A stretch of DNA of 64,000 nucleotides from an uncultured Eubacteriales bacterium (GTDB lineage Bacteria > Bacillota > Clostridia > Christensenellales > CAG-138): assembly GCA_900540495.1 (NCBI GenBank), contig UQGA01000004.1, positions 46,816-110,815 of the forward strand, in the 5' to 3' direction. Position 1 is the first letter of the stretch; each line of letters opens with the position of its first letter. The notes under the pieces were generated by a model. It did not search any database and was not told the DNA's origin. It was given only the letters and a program-made list of their open reading frames with translations. Positions 7,967 to 17,333 of this stretch are shown here, piece by piece. The translations under genes were made by a program, and so were the position numbers.

Positions 7967-10483
7967 ATGGGAAAGACGCTGGGGGAATTGCAGCCGGGCC
8001 AATCCGGTATCGTAAAGGCGGTGGGCGGCGGCAACGCGCGCGTCAAACGGCGGCTGTTCGACATGGGCGTTACGCCCATGACGCGCGTCGAGGTGCGCCG
8101 CATCGCGCCGCTGGGTGACCCGATCGAGGTGAATCTGCGCGGCTATGCGCTCTCGCTGCGGCGGGAGGACGCGCTCGAGATTGCGCTGTTCGACGAGGAC
8201 GAGGCCGCCGCGTACGGCAAGCGGGAGACGGCGCTGCGCGAGAGGAGCGGCGCATCCGGCGCGCATGCGCCGGATGCGGATATCGAGGCGCACCGCCGGG
8301 CGGAACTGCTCACGCGGTGGGCCATCCGCCTGCCCGAGGGATGCGGTTCGGCTGCGTGCGCGCAGTGCAGCGCCGCCTGCGGGGGCGGCGGCCGCCGGCG
8401 CCGGCGGCGTGGCGCGCCGCCGGGAGCGACCGTGCCGGAGGTGGACGGGCAACCGGTCAAGTTTGCGCTCGTGGGCAACCCGAACTGCGGCAAGACGACC
8501 CTGTTCAACGCGCTCACCGGTGCGCGCGAGTACGTCGGCAACTGGCCGGGCGTTACGGTCGAGAAGAAGGAGCGCCGCCTCCATGCCTATGGGCATGACA
8601 TCACGGTCGTCGATCTGCCGGGGATCTATTCGCTTTCGCCGTATTCGATGGAGGAGATCGTCGCGCGCAACTTCATCATCGACGAGCGGCCGGACGCGAT
8701 CATCAACATCGTGGATGCGACCAATCTGGAGCGCAACCTGTATCTGACCGTGCAGCTCATGGAGCTGGAACGGCCGATGGTGATTGCGCTCAACATGATG
8801 GACGAGGTCGCCCGCATGGGCGTGACGATCGATTGCGAGCGCCTTTCGCTCGAGTTGGGCGTGCCGGTATTGCCGATCTGTGCGCGCACGGGCGAGGGCG
8901 TGGACGACCTGCTGCGCAGGAGCGCCGGCCTGCTGGCGCTCTCGCACGAGCAGTTGCACGCCGGCTTTTGCATCGAGCCGGACGACCTGTATGACGCGCG
9001 CACGCACGCGGCGCATCACCGCATCGGGGACGCGCTGTCCGATGCCCCGGCGCGCGCGGGGCTGCCGGCGCACTGGGCGGAGATCAAGCTGCTCGAAGGC
9101 GATGCGATGGTGCGGGAGCAGCTGCGCCTCACGCCGGAGCAGGCGGCTGCGGTGGACGCCGCCGTGGCCGACTACGTGAGCGACGGGCTGCCGGGCGACG
9201 GCGAGGCGCGCGTGGCCGACAGCCGCTATCGATATATCACGCGCGTGTGCGCGGCGGCCGTTTCGCATCGCGGCGCCGGGCAGGATTTTACCGACCGCAT
9301 CGACGCCGTGCTGACGAACAAGTGGGCGGGGATTCCGATTTTCCTGGCCATCATGGGCGCGATCTTCGTGCTCACGTTCGACACGCTGGGCGGCTGGCTG
9401 TCCGACGGGGTGGATCAGCTGGTGATCGGCCTGTTCCTGCCGTGGGCGCGCGACCTGCTCGAGGGTGCGGCGGCGGCGCCCTGGCTGGTCAGCCTGCTGT
9501 GCGACGGCGTGATCACGGGCGTGGGCGCCGTGCTGGTGTTCCTGCCGCAGATCGCCCTGTTGTTCTTCTTCCTTTCGCTGCTCGAGGACAGCGGGTACCT
9601 CTCGCGCACCGCATTTTTGATGGATCGGGCGCTCAAACGCTTCGGGCTGTCCGGCAAATCGTTCATCCCCATGCTCATGGGCTTTGGCTGCACGGTGCCG
9701 GCCGCCATGGCCGCGCGCACGATGGAGAACGAGAACGACCGCCGCATGACGATCATGCTGCTGCCGTTCGTGTCGTGCTCGGCCAAGCTTCCGGTGTACG
9801 GGCTGATCGCTTCCGCGTTCTTCGACGAGTACCGGGGCCTGATCGTATTGAGCCTTTATGCGCTTGGCATCGTGGTCGGCATCTTGACCGGCATCCTGTT
9901 CCGGCATACGCTGTTTCGGGAGAACCGGGCGGCGTTCGTGCTGGAGCTGCCGCCGTATCGCTGGCCGTCGATGAGGAATACGCTGCTGCATGTGGGCGAG
10001 CGCGTCGGGCATTTCCTTGAGAAGGCGGGGACGATCATCCTGCTGATGAGCGTCGTGCTATGGTTCCTCATGCACTTTACGCCCGCGCTTGCCATGACCG
10101 CGCAGACCGAGCGGAGCATCCTCGGCGTGGCGGGCGGCTGGATTGCGCCGCTGTTCCGTCCGCTCGGCTTTGGCACATGGCAGGCCTCCGTGGCGCTGCT
10201 CTCCGGCCTCATCGCCAAGGAGGCGGTGAATTCATCCCTCTCGATGTTTCTCGGCGCTACGGGCGATGCGCTCAACGGCGCGCTGGCCGGCCTGTTTACG
10301 CCGCTTGCGGCGTACAGCTTTCTCGTGTTCGTGCTGCTGTACGTGCCGTGCATGGCCGCGGTGACGACCATGCGGCGCGAACTCGGCAGCGCCAAGCACA
10401 CGTGGATCACGGTCGGCTATCAGCTCCTTGTGGCGTATGTGATGGCGCTGCTGGTCCATATGTTGGGCAGTCTCTTTCTGTGA
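7967..10483 (+). CDS. feoB: Fused ferrous iron transport protein FeoA-FeoB
   Basis: In track ORF 7763..10483. ATG 7967. FeoA SH3-like part (GQSGIVKAV...IEVNLRGYALSLRREDA), about 110-aa linker with Cys4 motif, FeoB G-domain GNPNCGKTTLFNALTG, then polytopic membrane domain. Confidence 0.9.
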   Translation: MGKTLGELQPGQSGIVKAVGGGNARVKRRLFDMGVTPMTRVEVRRIAPLGDPIEVNLRGYALSLRREDALEIALFDEDEAAAYGKRETALRERSGASGAHAPDADIEAHRRAELLTRWAIRLPEGCGSAACAQCSAACGGGGRRRRRRGAPPGATVPEVDGQPVKFALVGNPNCGKTTLFNALTGAREYVGNWPGVTVEKKERRLHAYGHDITVVDLPGIYSLSPYSMEEIVARNFIIDERPDAIINIVDATNLERNLYLTVQLMELERPMVIALNMMDEVARMGVTIDCERLSLELGVPVLPICARTGEGVDDLLRRSAGLLALSHEQLHAGFCIEPDDLYDARTHAAHHRIGDALSDAPARAGLPAHWAEIKLLEGDAMVREQLRLTPEQAAAVDAAVADYVSDGLPGDGEARVADSRYRYITRVCAAAVSHRGAGQDFTDRIDAVLTNKWAGIPIFLAIMGAIFVLTFDTLGGWLSDGVDQLVIGLFLPWARDLLEGAAAAPWLVSLLCDGVITGVGAVLVFLPQIALLFFFLSLLEDSGYLSRTAFLMDRALKRFGLSGKSFIPMLMGFGCTVPAAMAARTMENENDRRMTIMLLPFVSCSAKLPVYGLIASAFFDEYRGLIVLSLYALGIVVGILTGILFRHTLFRENRAAFVLELPPYRWPSMRNTLLHVGERVGHFLEKAGTIILLMSVVLWFLMHFTPALAMTAQTERSILGVAGGWIAPLFRPLGFGTWQASVALLSGLIAKEAVNSSLSMFLGATGDALNGALAGLFTPLAAYSFLVFVLLYVPCMAAVTTMRRELGSAKHTWITVGYQLLVAYVMALLVHMLGSLFL

Positions 10484-10502
10484 AACACAGGGTATTGTGT
10501 CG

Positions 10503-10546
10503 TTCATGCAGGGAACAGAAAGATTTCCTGCATGAATTGCTTTTTT
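10503..10546 (+). terminator. Intrinsic terminator after feoAB
   Basis: 10-bp stem ttcatgcagg (10503-10512)/cctgcatgaa (10527-10536) followed by ttgctttttt. Confidence 0.8.
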
Positions 10547-10594
10547 GGGCGCGATATGGTAGACTATATTACATCTTTTTGACGGAGAAATTGC

Positions 10595-11362
10595 ATGAGA
10601 TTGCTTGTGAGCAATGACGACGGATTCCGGGCGGCGGGCATTGGCGCGCTGGTGAAGGCGCTTGCCGAAGCGGGCCACGAGGTCTATGTGGCCGCCCCGC
10701 ACCGGCAGCGCAGCGCGGCCAGCCGGTCGATGACGCTGTTTGAGCCCCTTCGGGCCGAACGCGTGTCGCTGCCGGATGCGCCGGAGGTGCCCGCCTATGC
10801 GGTGAACGGCACGCCGGTGGATTGCGTCCGCCTGGCGCTCGGCAATCTGTTCCCGGCGCCGGACGCGGTGCTTTCCGGCGTGAACGACGGGGGAAACCTC
10901 GGCACGGATACGCTGTATTCCGGCACGGTGGCCGCCGCGCACGAGGCGGCGTTGCTGGGCTATCCGGCGGTTGCGGTGTCGAGCTGCGGCCGCAGGCCGG
11001 TCCATTTTGAGACGGCGGCGCGGGTGGCGCTGCGGGCGGTGGAGCGGCTGGTGGAGCGGCCGTTGCCGTTTGGCGTGGTGCTCAACATCAACGTACCGGA
11101 TCTGCCGGTGGGCGCGCTGCGCGGCGTGCGCACTGCGCCGCTTGCGATTACCCAGTATCCGTTGCGCTTTGAGGAGCGCACCGATCCGTATGGCGGCCGG
11201 TATTTCTGGGCGCCCGGCGGGGACAAGCTGACCCGGCACGCCGGCGAGGACGTGGACGAGCGCTGGGTGGAGGAGGGGTATGCCGTGTGCACGCCGCTCA
11301 CCTATGACCTGACGGATCTTGCGGCCATGCGCGGCTTTGCCGTGGACGGCCTTGCGGAATAG
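10595..11362 (+). CDS. surE: 5'/3'-nucleotidase SurE
   Basis: 255 aa. MRLLVSNDDGFRAAGI N-terminal signature. Full-length SurE-like. Confidence 0.93.
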   Translation: MRLLVSNDDGFRAAGIGALVKALAEAGHEVYVAAPHRQRSAASRSMTLFEPLRAERVSLPDAPEVPAYAVNGTPVDCVRLALGNLFPAPDAVLSGVNDGGNLGTDTLYSGTVAAAHEAALLGYPAVAVSSCGRRPVHFETAARVALRAVERLVERPLPFGVVLNINVPDLPVGALRGVRTAPLAITQYPLRFEERTDPYGGRYFWAPGGDKLTRHAGEDVDERWVEEGYAVCTPLTYDLTDLAAMRGFAVDGLAE

Positions 11363-11393
11363 ACCCGGAACGAACGACAAGGAGGGGGAACGC

Positions 11394-12287
11394 ATGGAGG
11401 GGCTGCTCGACGTTATTACGGACAGCTATCAAAGGTTTTCCAAGGGGCAGAAACGGATTGCGGAATACATCATGCACTCGTATGACGATGCGGCGTTCAT
11501 GACGGCCGCGCGCCTTGGCGAAACGGTCGGCGTCAGCGAATCGACCGTGGTGCGCTTTGCCTATGCCATCGGGCTTGACGGCTATCCTGCGCTGCAGGAG
11601 GCCCTGCAGGAGCTGATCCGGCACCGACTCACGAGCGTGCAGCGCATTCGGCTTGCCGCGTCCATGCCGCAGAACGACATCCTGCGCCGGGTCCTGACCG
11701 ACGATATGAACAATATCCGCGCCACAATCGACATGATCGACAACGAGGGCTTCCACGCCGCCATCGAGGCGCTGCTGCGGGCGCGGCGCATCTATGTGCT
11801 TGGCATCCGCAGCGCCATGTCGCTTGCGCAGTTCCTTACCTATTATTTGGACTATGTCTGCGACAACGTCATGTTTGTCAACGGCGCCGTGCAGGACATC
11901 TACGAGCGCATGGTGCGCCTTGGGCCGGAGGACGTGTGCATCGGCATCAGTTTCCCGCGTTACAGCGTGCGCACCGTGGACGCGATGCGCTATGCCAAAC
12001 AGCGCGGGGCCACGGTTGTCACGCTGACCGACGTACCGAATTCGCCGTCGGCGCAATATGCGGATTATGTGCTCTGCGCGCGCAGCAACATGGCCAGCTT
12101 TGCCGATTCGCTCGTGGCGCCGCTCTCGCTCATCAATGCGATCATCACGGCGGTGGGCCTTGCGCGCAAGGACGAGGCGTTCCAGCATTTGAACCAGTTG
12201 GAGCAGATCTGGCGCGAAGAGGGCGTGTACATGACCGAACCGACCAGGCGCGCGGCCATGGTGAACGCGGGGCGCGACACGCCGTGA
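11394..12287 (+). CDS. RpiR/MurR-family transcriptional regulator (HTH_6 + SIS domain)
   Basis: In track ORF 11319..12287. SD GGAGGGGG, then ATG 11394. RIAEYIM...AARLGETVGVSESTVVRFA HTH followed by a SIS fold. Confidence 0.88.
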   Translation: MEGLLDVITDSYQRFSKGQKRIAEYIMHSYDDAAFMTAARLGETVGVSESTVVRFAYAIGLDGYPALQEALQELIRHRLTSVQRIRLAASMPQNDILRRVLTDDMNNIRATIDMIDNEGFHAAIEALLRARRIYVLGIRSAMSLAQFLTYYLDYVCDNVMFVNGAVQDIYERMVRLGPEDVCIGISFPRYSVRTVDAMRYAKQRGATVVTLTDVPNSPSAQYADYVLCARSNMASFADSLVAPLSLINAIITAVGLARKDEAFQHLNQLEQIWREEGVYMTEPTRRAAMVNAGRDTP

Positions 12288-13513
12288 CCGTTGTCGTCGT
12301 CGGCGGCGGCCCCGCCGGCATGATGGCCGCTGCGGAGGCGGCGCGCGGCGGTTGCCGGGTTGTCCTGCTCGAGCGGAATGAAAAGCTCGGCAAAAAGCTG
12401 TACCTCACCGGCAAGGGCCGCTGCAACGTGACCAATGCGTGCGGGCGGGAGGCGTTTTTTGACGCGGTGGCGCGCAACCCGCGTTTTCTTTACAGCGCGT
12501 TCGCCGCGTTCGACAACCGGGACATGATGGCGCTGCTGGAGCGGCTCGGCGTGCCGCTCAAGGTGGAGCGGGGCGGCCGGGTGTTCCCGGTTTCCGACAA
12601 ATCGAGCGACGTTTTGCGCGCCATGGAGCGATATGTGCGGGAAAGCGGGGTGGACGTGCGGCTGCATACGCGCGTCGTCGGCCTGGAGACGGCGGACGGC
12701 GCGGTGCGCGCCGTGCGGACGGAGGCGGGCGCGCTGCCGTGCGACGCGGCGATCCTTGCCACGGGCGGGCGCAGCTATCCGCAGACCGGCTCGACGGGCG
12801 ACGGCTATCGCTTTGCCCGACAGACCGGGCATGCGGTGGAGCCGCCGTGCGGCTCGCTGGTGCCGCTTGTCACGTGCGAGTCGTGGCCGGGCACGCTGTC
12901 GGGGCTGACGCTGAAAAACGTCGTGCTCACGGCGCGGCGGGACGGGCGCCTGCTGTACCGCTCGGAGCCCGGAGAACTGCTGTTCACGCACTTTGGCGTA
13001 TCCGGCCCGCTTGCGCTCACGCTTTCCACGCGCATTGCGCAGGAGCCTGCCGGCGTCGCCCTCGCCATCGATCTCAAGCCCGGTCTGAGCGGGGAGCAGC
13101 TCGACGTGCGGCTGTTGCGCGATCTGGAGGCGAACCGCCAGCGGCGGTTGCAGGGCGCGTTGCACGCGCTGCTGCCGGAGCGGCTGTTAGCGCGCGTCCT
13201 GGCGGAAGCTGGCGTGGATGCGCAAAAGCCGGTTTGCGGCCTGACCCGGGCGGAGCGGACGGCCGTGCGCGATACGCTCAAGGCGCTGCCGCTGACCGTG
13301 GCAGGCACGCGCCCGATCGAGGAAGCGATTGTAACGCGGGGCGGCGTATCGGTGCGCGACGTATTGCCCGGCACGCTGGCGTCGCGGCGGGTCGCGGGAT
13401 TATATTTTGCGGGCGAACTGCTCGATACGGACGCCGTCACGGGCGGCTATAATCTTCAGATCGCATGGTCAACCGGCGCGTTGGCCGGGAGGAGCGTATG
13501 CAGCAACGGTTGA
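12284..13513 (+). CDS. NAD(P)/FAD-dependent oxidoreductase, HI0933/BaiN-like
   Basis: In track ORF 11936..13513. GTG 12284 overlaps the rpiR-like stop (GTGA). VVVVGGGPAGMMAA dinucleotide fold, TGKGRCNVTN, GGYNLQIAWSTG. Confidence 0.85.
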   Translation: MTVVVVGGGPAGMMAAAEAARGGCRVVLLERNEKLGKKLYLTGKGRCNVTNACGREAFFDAVARNPRFLYSAFAAFDNRDMMALLERLGVPLKVERGGRVFPVSDKSSDVLRAMERYVRESGVDVRLHTRVVGLETADGAVRAVRTEAGALPCDAAILATGGRSYPQTGSTGDGYRFARQTGHAVEPPCGSLVPLVTCESWPGTLSGLTLKNVVLTARRDGRLLYRSEPGELLFTHFGVSGPLALTLSTRIAQEPAGVALAIDLKPGLSGEQLDVRLLRDLEANRQRRLQGALHALLPERLLARVLAEAGVDAQKPVCGLTRAERTAVRDTLKALPLTVAGTRPIEEAIVTRGGVSVRDVLPGTLASRRVAGLYFAGELLDTDAVTGGYNLQIAWSTGALAGRSVCSNG

Positions 13514-14178
13514 ACATCGCCATCGACGGGCCGGCGGGCGCCGGCAAGAGCACGGTCGCCAAAGCCGTGGCGGAGCGGTTGGGGATTCGGTATCTGGACA
13601 CCGGCGCGATGTATCGCGCCATGGCGCTTTACGGCCTGCGCCGCGGCGTGCGGCTGGACGACGAACAGGCGGTGGAGGCCATCCTGCCCGACGCGGATAT
13701 CGCCGTGCGGTACGAGGGCGAGGAACAGCACGTGCTGCTCGGCGGGGAGGACGTGACCGGCGGGCTGCGCGCGCCGGAGCTGTCGATGGGCGCGTCGGAC
13801 GTGTCGCGGCACCGCGCGGTGCGCATCTGGCTGTCCGGGCTGCAGCGGCAGGTCGCGCGCGAATACGATGTGGTCATGGACGGGCGCGACATCGGCACAA
13901 ACGTGCTCCGGGATACGCCGCACAAGTTTTACCTGACCGCCACCGTAACCGAGCGTGCGCGGCGGCGCCTGCTCGAGATGCGCCAGCGCGGCACGGCGGG
14001 CGATATGACGCTCGCGCAGATGGAGCGCGAGATCGAGCAGCGCGACTACAACGACAGCCACCGCGCGTTCATGCCGCTGCGGCGGGCCGAGGGCGCCCGG
14101 CTGATCGATACCACGGAGATGACGGTCGAGGCCGTCACGGACGAGATTCTGCGCTGTGTGTGCGGGGAGGACGGCTGA
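13498..14178 (+). CDS. cmk: Cytidylate kinase
   Basis: In track ORF 13465..14178. SD GGGAGGAG, then ATG 13498. IAIDGPAGAGKSTVAK P-loop, YLDTGAMYR. Confidence 0.93.
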   Translation: MQQRLNIAIDGPAGAGKSTVAKAVAERLGIRYLDTGAMYRAMALYGLRRGVRLDDEQAVEAILPDADIAVRYEGEEQHVLLGGEDVTGGLRAPELSMGASDVSRHRAVRIWLSGLQRQVAREYDVVMDGRDIGTNVLRDTPHKFYLTATVTERARRRLLEMRQRGTAGDMTLAQMEREIEQRDYNDSHRAFMPLRRAEGARLIDTTEMTVEAVTDEILRCVCGEDG

Positions 14179-14768
14179 TGCTCTATCTGTTCGCCAAGGT
14201 GCTGCTTTCGCCGCTTTTTCTGTTGCTGATGCGCCCGCGTGTGCGCGGCCTCAGGCACCTGTGGCGGCGCGGCGGCGCGATTGTGGTCAGCAACCACTGG
14301 GCGCTGTCCGACCCGATTCTCATTGCGCTTGTCAGCCCGCGGGTCATCCATTTCATGGCCAAGCAGGAGCTGTTTCGCAGCCCGGTGGCACGGTTTTTCC
14401 TCATGCGCGGGCTGTATGCGTTTCCGGTCAACCGCAAGCAGGCCGATATGGCCTCGCTCAAGCAGGCGATGGCCGTGCTGGAAAAGGGGCGCGTATTCGG
14501 CATCTTTCCGGAAGGGCGGCGCTCCGTTACGGGCGAGCTGGACGAGCTCGAGCGCGGGGCGGCGTTCCTCGCTTTGCGCTGCAGGGTGCCGATCATCCCG
14601 ATCTATTCCGATCCGCGCACCTACCGCAAGCTGCGCGTCAATATGATCGTGGGCGAGCCGATGGATGCGTCCGCCATCGCCGCAGCGCACAAGGGGCGTT
14701 CGGTCGACGTGGTAACGCAGGCCATCGCGGACAAGCTCCAGCAGTTGCGGCTGCAACTGGAGGCGTGA
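14178..14768 (+). CDS. plsC: 1-acyl-sn-glycerol-3-phosphate acyltransferase
   Basis: In track ORF 13407..14768. ATG 14178 overlaps the cmk stop. HX4D motif SNHWALSDP and FPEGRRS. Confidence 0.85.
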   Translation: MLYLFAKVLLSPLFLLLMRPRVRGLRHLWRRGGAIVVSNHWALSDPILIALVSPRVIHFMAKQELFRSPVARFFLMRGLYAFPVNRKQADMASLKQAMAVLEKGRVFGIFPEGRRSVTGELDELERGAAFLALRCRVPIIPIYSDPRTYRKLRVNMIVGEPMDASAIAAAHKGRSVDVVTQAIADKLQQLRLQLEA

Positions 14769-14771
14769 CGG

Positions 14772-17246
14772 ATGCGCATTCTTGTCGGCAAACACAGCGG
14801 CTTCTGCTTCGGCGTGCGGCGCGCCGTAGAGATGGCGGAGCGCCTGGCGGCCGATCCGGATGCGTCCGGCACCGTGTACACCTGCGGCAAGCTCATCCAC
14901 AACGAGCAGGTGCTCGAACGGCTGGCCGCGCACGGCGTCCGCGAGGCGGAAGACCCCGCCGCGCTGCATCCGGGGGATACGCTGCTGTTGCGCGCGCACG
15001 GCGTGCCGCCGGAGGTGGAGGAGGCCTGCGCGCGCGGCGGCGTGCGCGTGGCGGACGCCACCTGTCCGTTCGTCAAACGGATTCACCGCCTCGTCGCGTC
15101 TGCCGCGCAGGCGGGCGTCCCGGCGCTGATTGCCGGCAGAGCGGCGCACCCGGAGGTCATGGGCATCTGCGGCTATGCGCGCGCCGGCGCCTATGTGCTC
15201 GAACGGCCCGAGGACGCTGCAGCCCTGCCCCGGCTGGAGCGGGCGTGCATCGTTGCACAGACGACGCTCGGCCGCGAACCGTATGCCGCCATCGTCGCCG
15301 CCGCGCACGCGCGCGTCGGGTCGTTAACGGTATATCAGACCGTTTGTGACACCACGCGGCAGCGCCGCCGCGAAGCGGCGCTGATCGCCGCAAGGAGCAC
15401 AAAAATGTACGTCCTCGGCTCCCACACGAGCGCAAACACGGCCGGTTTGGCGCAAATCGCAAAAAACCTGTGCAAAAACGCCGAAACCATAGAGGATATC
15501 GATAAACTTTCTCTTGCCAATTTGCAATCCGATGATATAATAGGTATTGTCGCAGGCGCATCGACGCCGGACTGGATGATTATGGAGGTTATACAACGAA
15601 TGAGCGAACTGGAAAATACGACGATCGAGACCATTGAAGCGGAAGCGCCCGCCGAGGAAATCGCCGTGCCCACGGAACCCACTGTGACCGGAGCAGCTCC
15701 CGCGGAAGCGGTTGCTGCGGAACCCGCCCCCGCCGACGAAGCGGCGGCCGAGCCGGCAGAGGAGCCGGCGCCGGCGGAGGAAGCGTCGGAACCCGCCGCG
15801 GCTGAGGCGGCAGCCGAGCAGGCGGAAGCGCCTGCCGCAGCGGAGGAACCGGTGGCAGAACCCGCCGCAGCGGAAGAAGCGGCGGCCGACAAGTCCGAGG
15901 AAACGTCCGAGTTCGCTGAAGCGTTTGAAAAGACCCTGACGCGCATCCGCAACGGCCAGATCATCACGGGTACCGTGCTGCAGATCGTGGACGGCGAGGT
16001 CTATGTCAACGTTGGCTACAAGTCCGACGGTATCATCCCGAAGAACGAGTATTCGAGCGATCCGGAAGCCAACCCGGCCGAGCAGTTGAAGGTGGGCGAT
16101 TCCATCGAGGTCGAGGTGCTCAAGGTCAACGACGGCGAGGGCAATGTCCTGCTTTCCCGCAAGAACGTCGAGAGCAAGAAGCTCTGGGACGACCTGATGG
16201 CGGAGGAGGATGTCGAGGAGCGCGTGTTTGAAGCGGTGGCCAAGGAGGCTGTCAAGGGCGGCATCATCGCCGATATCGAGGGCATCCGCGCTTTCGTGCC
16301 CGCTTCGCAGGTTTCCACCAAGTACATCGAGAATCTGAACGACTATGTCGGCAAGCCCATGCGCCTCAAGGTGCTTGAGATCGACAAGCAGCGCAAGCGT
16401 ATCGTCGCCTCGCAAAAGCAGGTCCTGCTGGCGGAGGCCGCGGCGGCCAAGCGCGCCAAGTGGGAGGCGCTGGTCGTCGGCAGCAAGGTCAAGGGCATCG
16501 TCCGCCGCATTACCGATTTCGGCGCGTTTGTCGATATCGGCGGGATCGACGGTCTCGTCCATGTGACCGACGCCGCCTGGGGCCGCGTCAAGCACCCGTC
16601 CGATGTGTTCACCATCGGGCAGGAGATCGAGGTGCTCATCCTCAATGTCGACGTGGAGAAGGAGCGCGTGTCGCTGGGCTATAAGCAGCTGCAGCCCAAG
16701 CCGTGGACGCTGGCGGATCAGAAGTATCCGGTCGGCTCCATCGTGGAGGGCAAGGTGGTTCGCATCGTGCCGTTCGGCGCGTTCGTCGCGCTCGAGTCCA
16801 CGATCGACGGCCTCATCCACATTTCGCAGGTCGGCGTGCGCCGCATTGCGAAGGTGGAGGACGAGCTCAAGGTGGGCGACATCGTGCGCTGCAAGGTGCT
16901 CGATGTAAACACCGAGGCCAAGCGCATCAGCCTGAGCCGCCGCGAGGCGATTCTGGAGGAGCAGCCGGAAGTGGCCGAGCAACTGCAGGCCGAGCGCATG
17001 GAGCGCGAGCGCCAGCATCAGGAGCGTCAGGAGCAGCGCCAGCGCGACCGCGAGCAGCAGTCGCAGCAGCGCCGCGAGCGCAGCGAGCGCCCCGCCGCCC
17101 CGCAGGGCGATGCGCCCGAGCGCCGGAACGACCGTGGGGGCGACCGCCGTCGCCGCAGCGAGGACGGGGATTACGAGCTGCCGCCGGTGCAGGCTTCCAC
17201 CACGTCGCTTGCGGATCTGTTCCAGGGCTTTAAGACCGAGGAGTAA
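14772..17246 (+). CDS. ispH: Bifunctional 4-hydroxy-3-methylbut-2-enyl diphosphate reductase (IspH) / ribosomal protein S1-like (4 S1 domains)
   Basis: 824 aa. IspH N-terminal about 275 aa (GFCFGVRRAV...AGASTPDWMI), Ala/Glu/Pro-rich linker, four S1 OB-fold repeats, Arg/Glu/Gln-rich tail. cmk-plsC-ispH/rpsA neighbourhood. Confidence 0.92.
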   Translation: MRILVGKHSGFCFGVRRAVEMAERLAADPDASGTVYTCGKLIHNEQVLERLAAHGVREAEDPAALHPGDTLLLRAHGVPPEVEEACARGGVRVADATCPFVKRIHRLVASAAQAGVPALIAGRAAHPEVMGICGYARAGAYVLERPEDAAALPRLERACIVAQTTLGREPYAAIVAAAHARVGSLTVYQTVCDTTRQRRREAALIAARSTKMYVLGSHTSANTAGLAQIAKNLCKNAETIEDIDKLSLANLQSDDIIGIVAGASTPDWMIMEVIQRMSELENTTIETIEAEAPAEEIAVPTEPTVTGAAPAEAVAAEPAPADEAAAEPAEEPAPAEEASEPAAAEAAAEQAEAPAAAEEPVAEPAAAEEAAADKSEETSEFAEAFEKTLTRIRNGQIITGTVLQIVDGEVYVNVGYKSDGIIPKNEYSSDPEANPAEQLKVGDSIEVEVLKVNDGEGNVLLSRKNVESKKLWDDLMAEEDVEERVFEAVAKEAVKGGIIADIEGIRAFVPASQVSTKYIENLNDYVGKPMRLKVLEIDKQRKRIVASQKQVLLAEAAAAKRAKWEALVVGSKVKGIVRRITDFGAFVDIGGIDGLVHVTDAAWGRVKHPSDVFTIGQEIEVLILNVDVEKERVSLGYKQLQPKPWTLADQKYPVGSIVEGKVVRIVPFGAFVALESTIDGLIHISQVGVRRIAKVEDELKVGDIVRCKVLDVNTEAKRISLSRREAILEEQPEVAEQLQAERMERERQHQERQEQRQRDREQQSQQRRERSERPAAPQGDAPERRNDRGGDRRRRSEDGDYELPPVQASTTSLADLFQGFKTEE
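15514..15541 (+). promoter_or_regulatory. Near-consensus promoter embedded in ispH 3' coding region
   Basis: TTGCCA (15514-15519) - 16 nt - TGaTATAAT (15533-15541) inside a locally A/T-rich patch. GGAGG 15584-15588 and in-frame ATG 15600 (MSELENT...) follow at the IspH/S1 boundary. Confidence 0.4.
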
Positions 17247-17279
17247 CGCCTTCGGCAAACCGAATCAACCGTCATGCGC

Positions 17280-17304
17280 GCGCCTCTGCTTGCGGAGGCG
17301 CTTT
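17280..17304 (+). terminator. Terminator candidate after ispH::rpsA
   Basis: Stem gcgcctc (17280-17286)/gaggcgc (17295-17301) then ttt. The U-tract is short. Confidence 0.45.
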
Positions 17305-17333
17305 GCATAGAAAGCAACCAAGGAGTGAGCGGG

